Shown: in pieces, positions 61,404 through 64,000 of the stretch
How positions within the stretch are numbered: the first letter of the stretch is position 1
How the letters are laid out: each line of letters opens with the position of its first letter
Assembly (NCBI RefSeq): GCF_964213995.1
Contig: NC_135819.1
Location: forward strand, 7,564,001-7,628,000
Reading direction: 5' to 3'
DNA length: 64,000 nucleotides
From: Mustelus asterias
Lineage: Eukaryota
Made by a program: the position numbers and the translations under genes
The notes under the pieces: generated by a model
Told to the model about the DNA's origin: nothing
Databases searched by the model: none
What the model saw: the letters and a program-made list of their open reading frames with translations, nothing else

Positions 61404-61915
61404 TGACCTCCTCTCAAGCAGTGGCATGCACCAGAAGAATTATCTTGTACATCACTGCATTTGAAATGACTAAATGTGGACAGTAAGATGGAGAGAGCTA
61501 TCTTTATCTGAACCTATTGTGTGATCTTGTAAATATTCACAATCTGCTGCTTTCCCTTCCATATTGCAGTCGTTGTTGCCACATTATTGGGTCTTTCTAA
61601 TGCCTGCTTATTGAACCCAAGGCTAAACTAACACTTGCATCATTTACAGCTCTTTACACTTTTACAGCAAATTTAACTCTATCAATCGGTAAATACATTT
61701 ATTAGCCGCTGGGTTTCACAGCAGTTCGTGAATTTGAATTCTTAGCTACCTCCTGTTGTTTTCTTTACAGATCCAGATTTAATTTCCATCAGTTTCCCAT
61801 GTAAAAGTGCATGGTTTCAAAATGAAACTGCCGTTACTGTGGAGAGTTAATGATGAATTTTGTAATTAAATGCATTTTCTTTTCCTGCATCTATTCTAAT
61901 TTGTTTCCTTGGCAG

Positions 61916-62191
61916 CTATTGTAACTGGATTTGAGATCAGAAGCAACACAAACCCCTCAGCTGTGGAATTTGGAGATTCTTTAGAGGTGAACTGTACTAC
62001 CACATGTACAGACCCAATAATCAATATGGAATATAAACCAGGGACACAGCATCACAGAACAACTGGCAGTAATTGGTTCAGAGACTATTTCCCGAGTGTC
62101 CGCGCATGGGATTTTGCAGCAGCATGCATTGTGCTCTGTAAATCGGAGAGTTCTCAGCTGAAGGAGGAGAAAATGGTGGCCACGGTATACA
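61916..62191 (+). CDS. Gene B exon 2, Ig domain 1 (gene continues beyond window)
   Basis: FEIRSNTNPSAVEFGDSLEVNCTTTC...MEYK...CIVLC...ATVY; ggcag acceptor, A|gtaagt donor. Confidence 0.95.
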
Positions 62192-63444
62192 GTAAGTGAA
62201 AACTCTTGTTCTAACATAGTTGATTACCCGGCATTAAAGGAAGGTGGTGTCAGGGGAAAGTCTTTAGTGAAAACCAGAATCTGACTGATTTAGGGTAGCC
62301 CGGTGCCAGTCAGAGTGGATCAGACACAGTTTGATCCTGTTCTCAGCTGGATTAATAATCAGTCATTGATTGAAGAAGCAGGTGAAGCAGATCTTAGAGT
62401 CTATAGCAGAAAGTTCATACCTACCATTCCATTGTGTATCGTTGAGCTGGCCTTTTGAGTAAAGATATAGTGAAACCTTTAGAAACTCAAGTACCTGAGC
62501 AGTGTTTGAAAAAGCATCATTTGTTACTTTATCCACCTTTTCATCTTCCTTATCCAAATACAAACTGCCTTTACCTCACCTCAGGATGTTGACGCTTTCA
62601 CAATATCGCAGCTGAATTGTCCTCAGGTGTTTTTTTATTCATTGATGGGACATGGGCATCGCTGGCTGGCCAGCATTTATTGGGTCCATTTATTTTTTAG
62701 GTCCTTCTCAGTTTGGTAAATTTTTGCTCTAAAGGGAGCAAAGGGAGCAACAATACCACAGTCCTAACCATCCCATTGTGGATTCTGGTCGACAATTGAA
62801 TAACTAATGGGAGGAGGAGTTTCAACAAATGTCCCCATACCCAATGTTGTCAGAGATCAGCACTTGTGTGAATGTGCCAAAGTGTTAGCAACATATTCAG
62901 CCAAAAATGCTAAGCAAATGATCCATGTCGGCCTTCTCCTGAGTTCCCATCAGAATAGATACAAAGCTTCAGCAAATTCAATTTGTTCCATGTGACATCA
63001 AGAAACGGTCAAGCAAACAAGATACCATAGAATCTCTACAGTGCAGAAAAAGCCATTCAGCCCATCAAGTCTGCACCAACTCTCCATAAGAGCATTTTAA
63101 CCAAGACCGTCCCTATCCCCATAAGCCTGCGCATTTACCATGGAAGGTGGGATTAGAGAGAGCACCTGGGTGTCTTCGGGTTGACATAGACATGATAGGC
63201 CAAATGGCCTCCTTCTGTGATGTAACTTTTCCATGGTTCTATGTGCTGTCAACAAGATACAAGCTAAAGCTGATTGTTACAGAAGTTCCTCAAGAACGTG
63301 CCTTACCAACCATCTTTAATTGCTTCATCAATGACTTTCCATTCAACAGAGGCAGAAGTAGGGTTGTTTGCTAATGATTGCACAGTGTTCTATTTCACTT
63401 GCAACTCCTCAGGTATTGAAGATGTCCATGCTCCACATATTAAT

Positions 63445-64000
63445 TAGAAGCAAGAGAAGGCCATTCAGTCACTTGAACTTGCTCAACCATTCGACAGGAT
63501 CTTGGCTCATCTGTTTGTGGCCTCAGCTCCACTTTTCTGCCGACCCCCGATGCCCGTTGATTTCTTTGTTAGACAAGAGGAATCTACTTACTTCCACCTT
63601 ATAATTATTCAATGAGCCAGCCTCCACTGTTCACTGGAGAAGAGAGTTGCACGGATTGAAGAATCTCTGAGAGAAAATAATTCTCATCTCCATCTTAAAT
63701 GGGAGAGCCCTTATTTTGAAATTGTGTCCCCTCGTTCTAATCTCTCTCACAAGAGTATTCATCCTTTCAGTTTCTACCCTGTCTAATCCCCTCAGGATCT
63801 TACACATTTCAAGAAGTTTGCTCCTCAATCTTCTCAGCTCAAATAGATACAGACCCAACTTCTCCAATCTTTCCTCATAAGATCACCCTCTCCCATCCCA
63901 GGAATCGATTGTGAACCTGCTCTGAACAGCAGAGAAAGCAATTATGTCCTTTCTTAAATAGACCTAAACTGCGCACAATACTCCTGATATGGTCTCACCA
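63445..64000 (-). mobile_element. CR1 LINE 3' part, runs off window end
   Basis: ORF 63631-63867 LGLYLFELRRLR...RGHNFKI...FSQR. Confidence 0.85.

Overview
Eukaryotic, repeat-rich vertebrate DNA; the CR1 LINE, tRNA-derived V-type SINE, Penelope and MITE content points to a cartilaginous fish (shark), which is an inference. The window holds one complete 7-exon ICAM/VCAM-family adhesion gene on the + strand (CDS 4730-48921; signal peptide, 5 Ig domains, TM and tail; 1737 nt = 578 aa; all introns GT-AG phase 1) and the first two exons of a tandem paralog (60029-60095, 61916-62191). Gene A has a perfect TTTCCGGGAAA GAS element just upstream of its ATG, an intronic NF-kB/C-EBP cluster, and a 4.4-kb 28-bp minisatellite ending about 220 bp upstream of the GAS element. 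Its 23-kb fifth intron is a nest of CR1s, three solo LTRs and a MITE, plus an antisense 6.5-kb endogenous retrovirus (33783-40282; ATAC TSD, tRNA-Ser PBS). The provirus has an open Gag MA-CA ORF, a pol replaced by AT-rich filler, and an env split by one frameshift whose TM subunit aligns gap-free to filovirus GP2 (compared from memory). Also present: Penelope fragments with minimal hammerhead ribozyme cores, a decayed Gypsy element, and an ~800-bp-arm inverted duplication between the two paralogs. All identities and counts were estimated by eye; no database searches were run.
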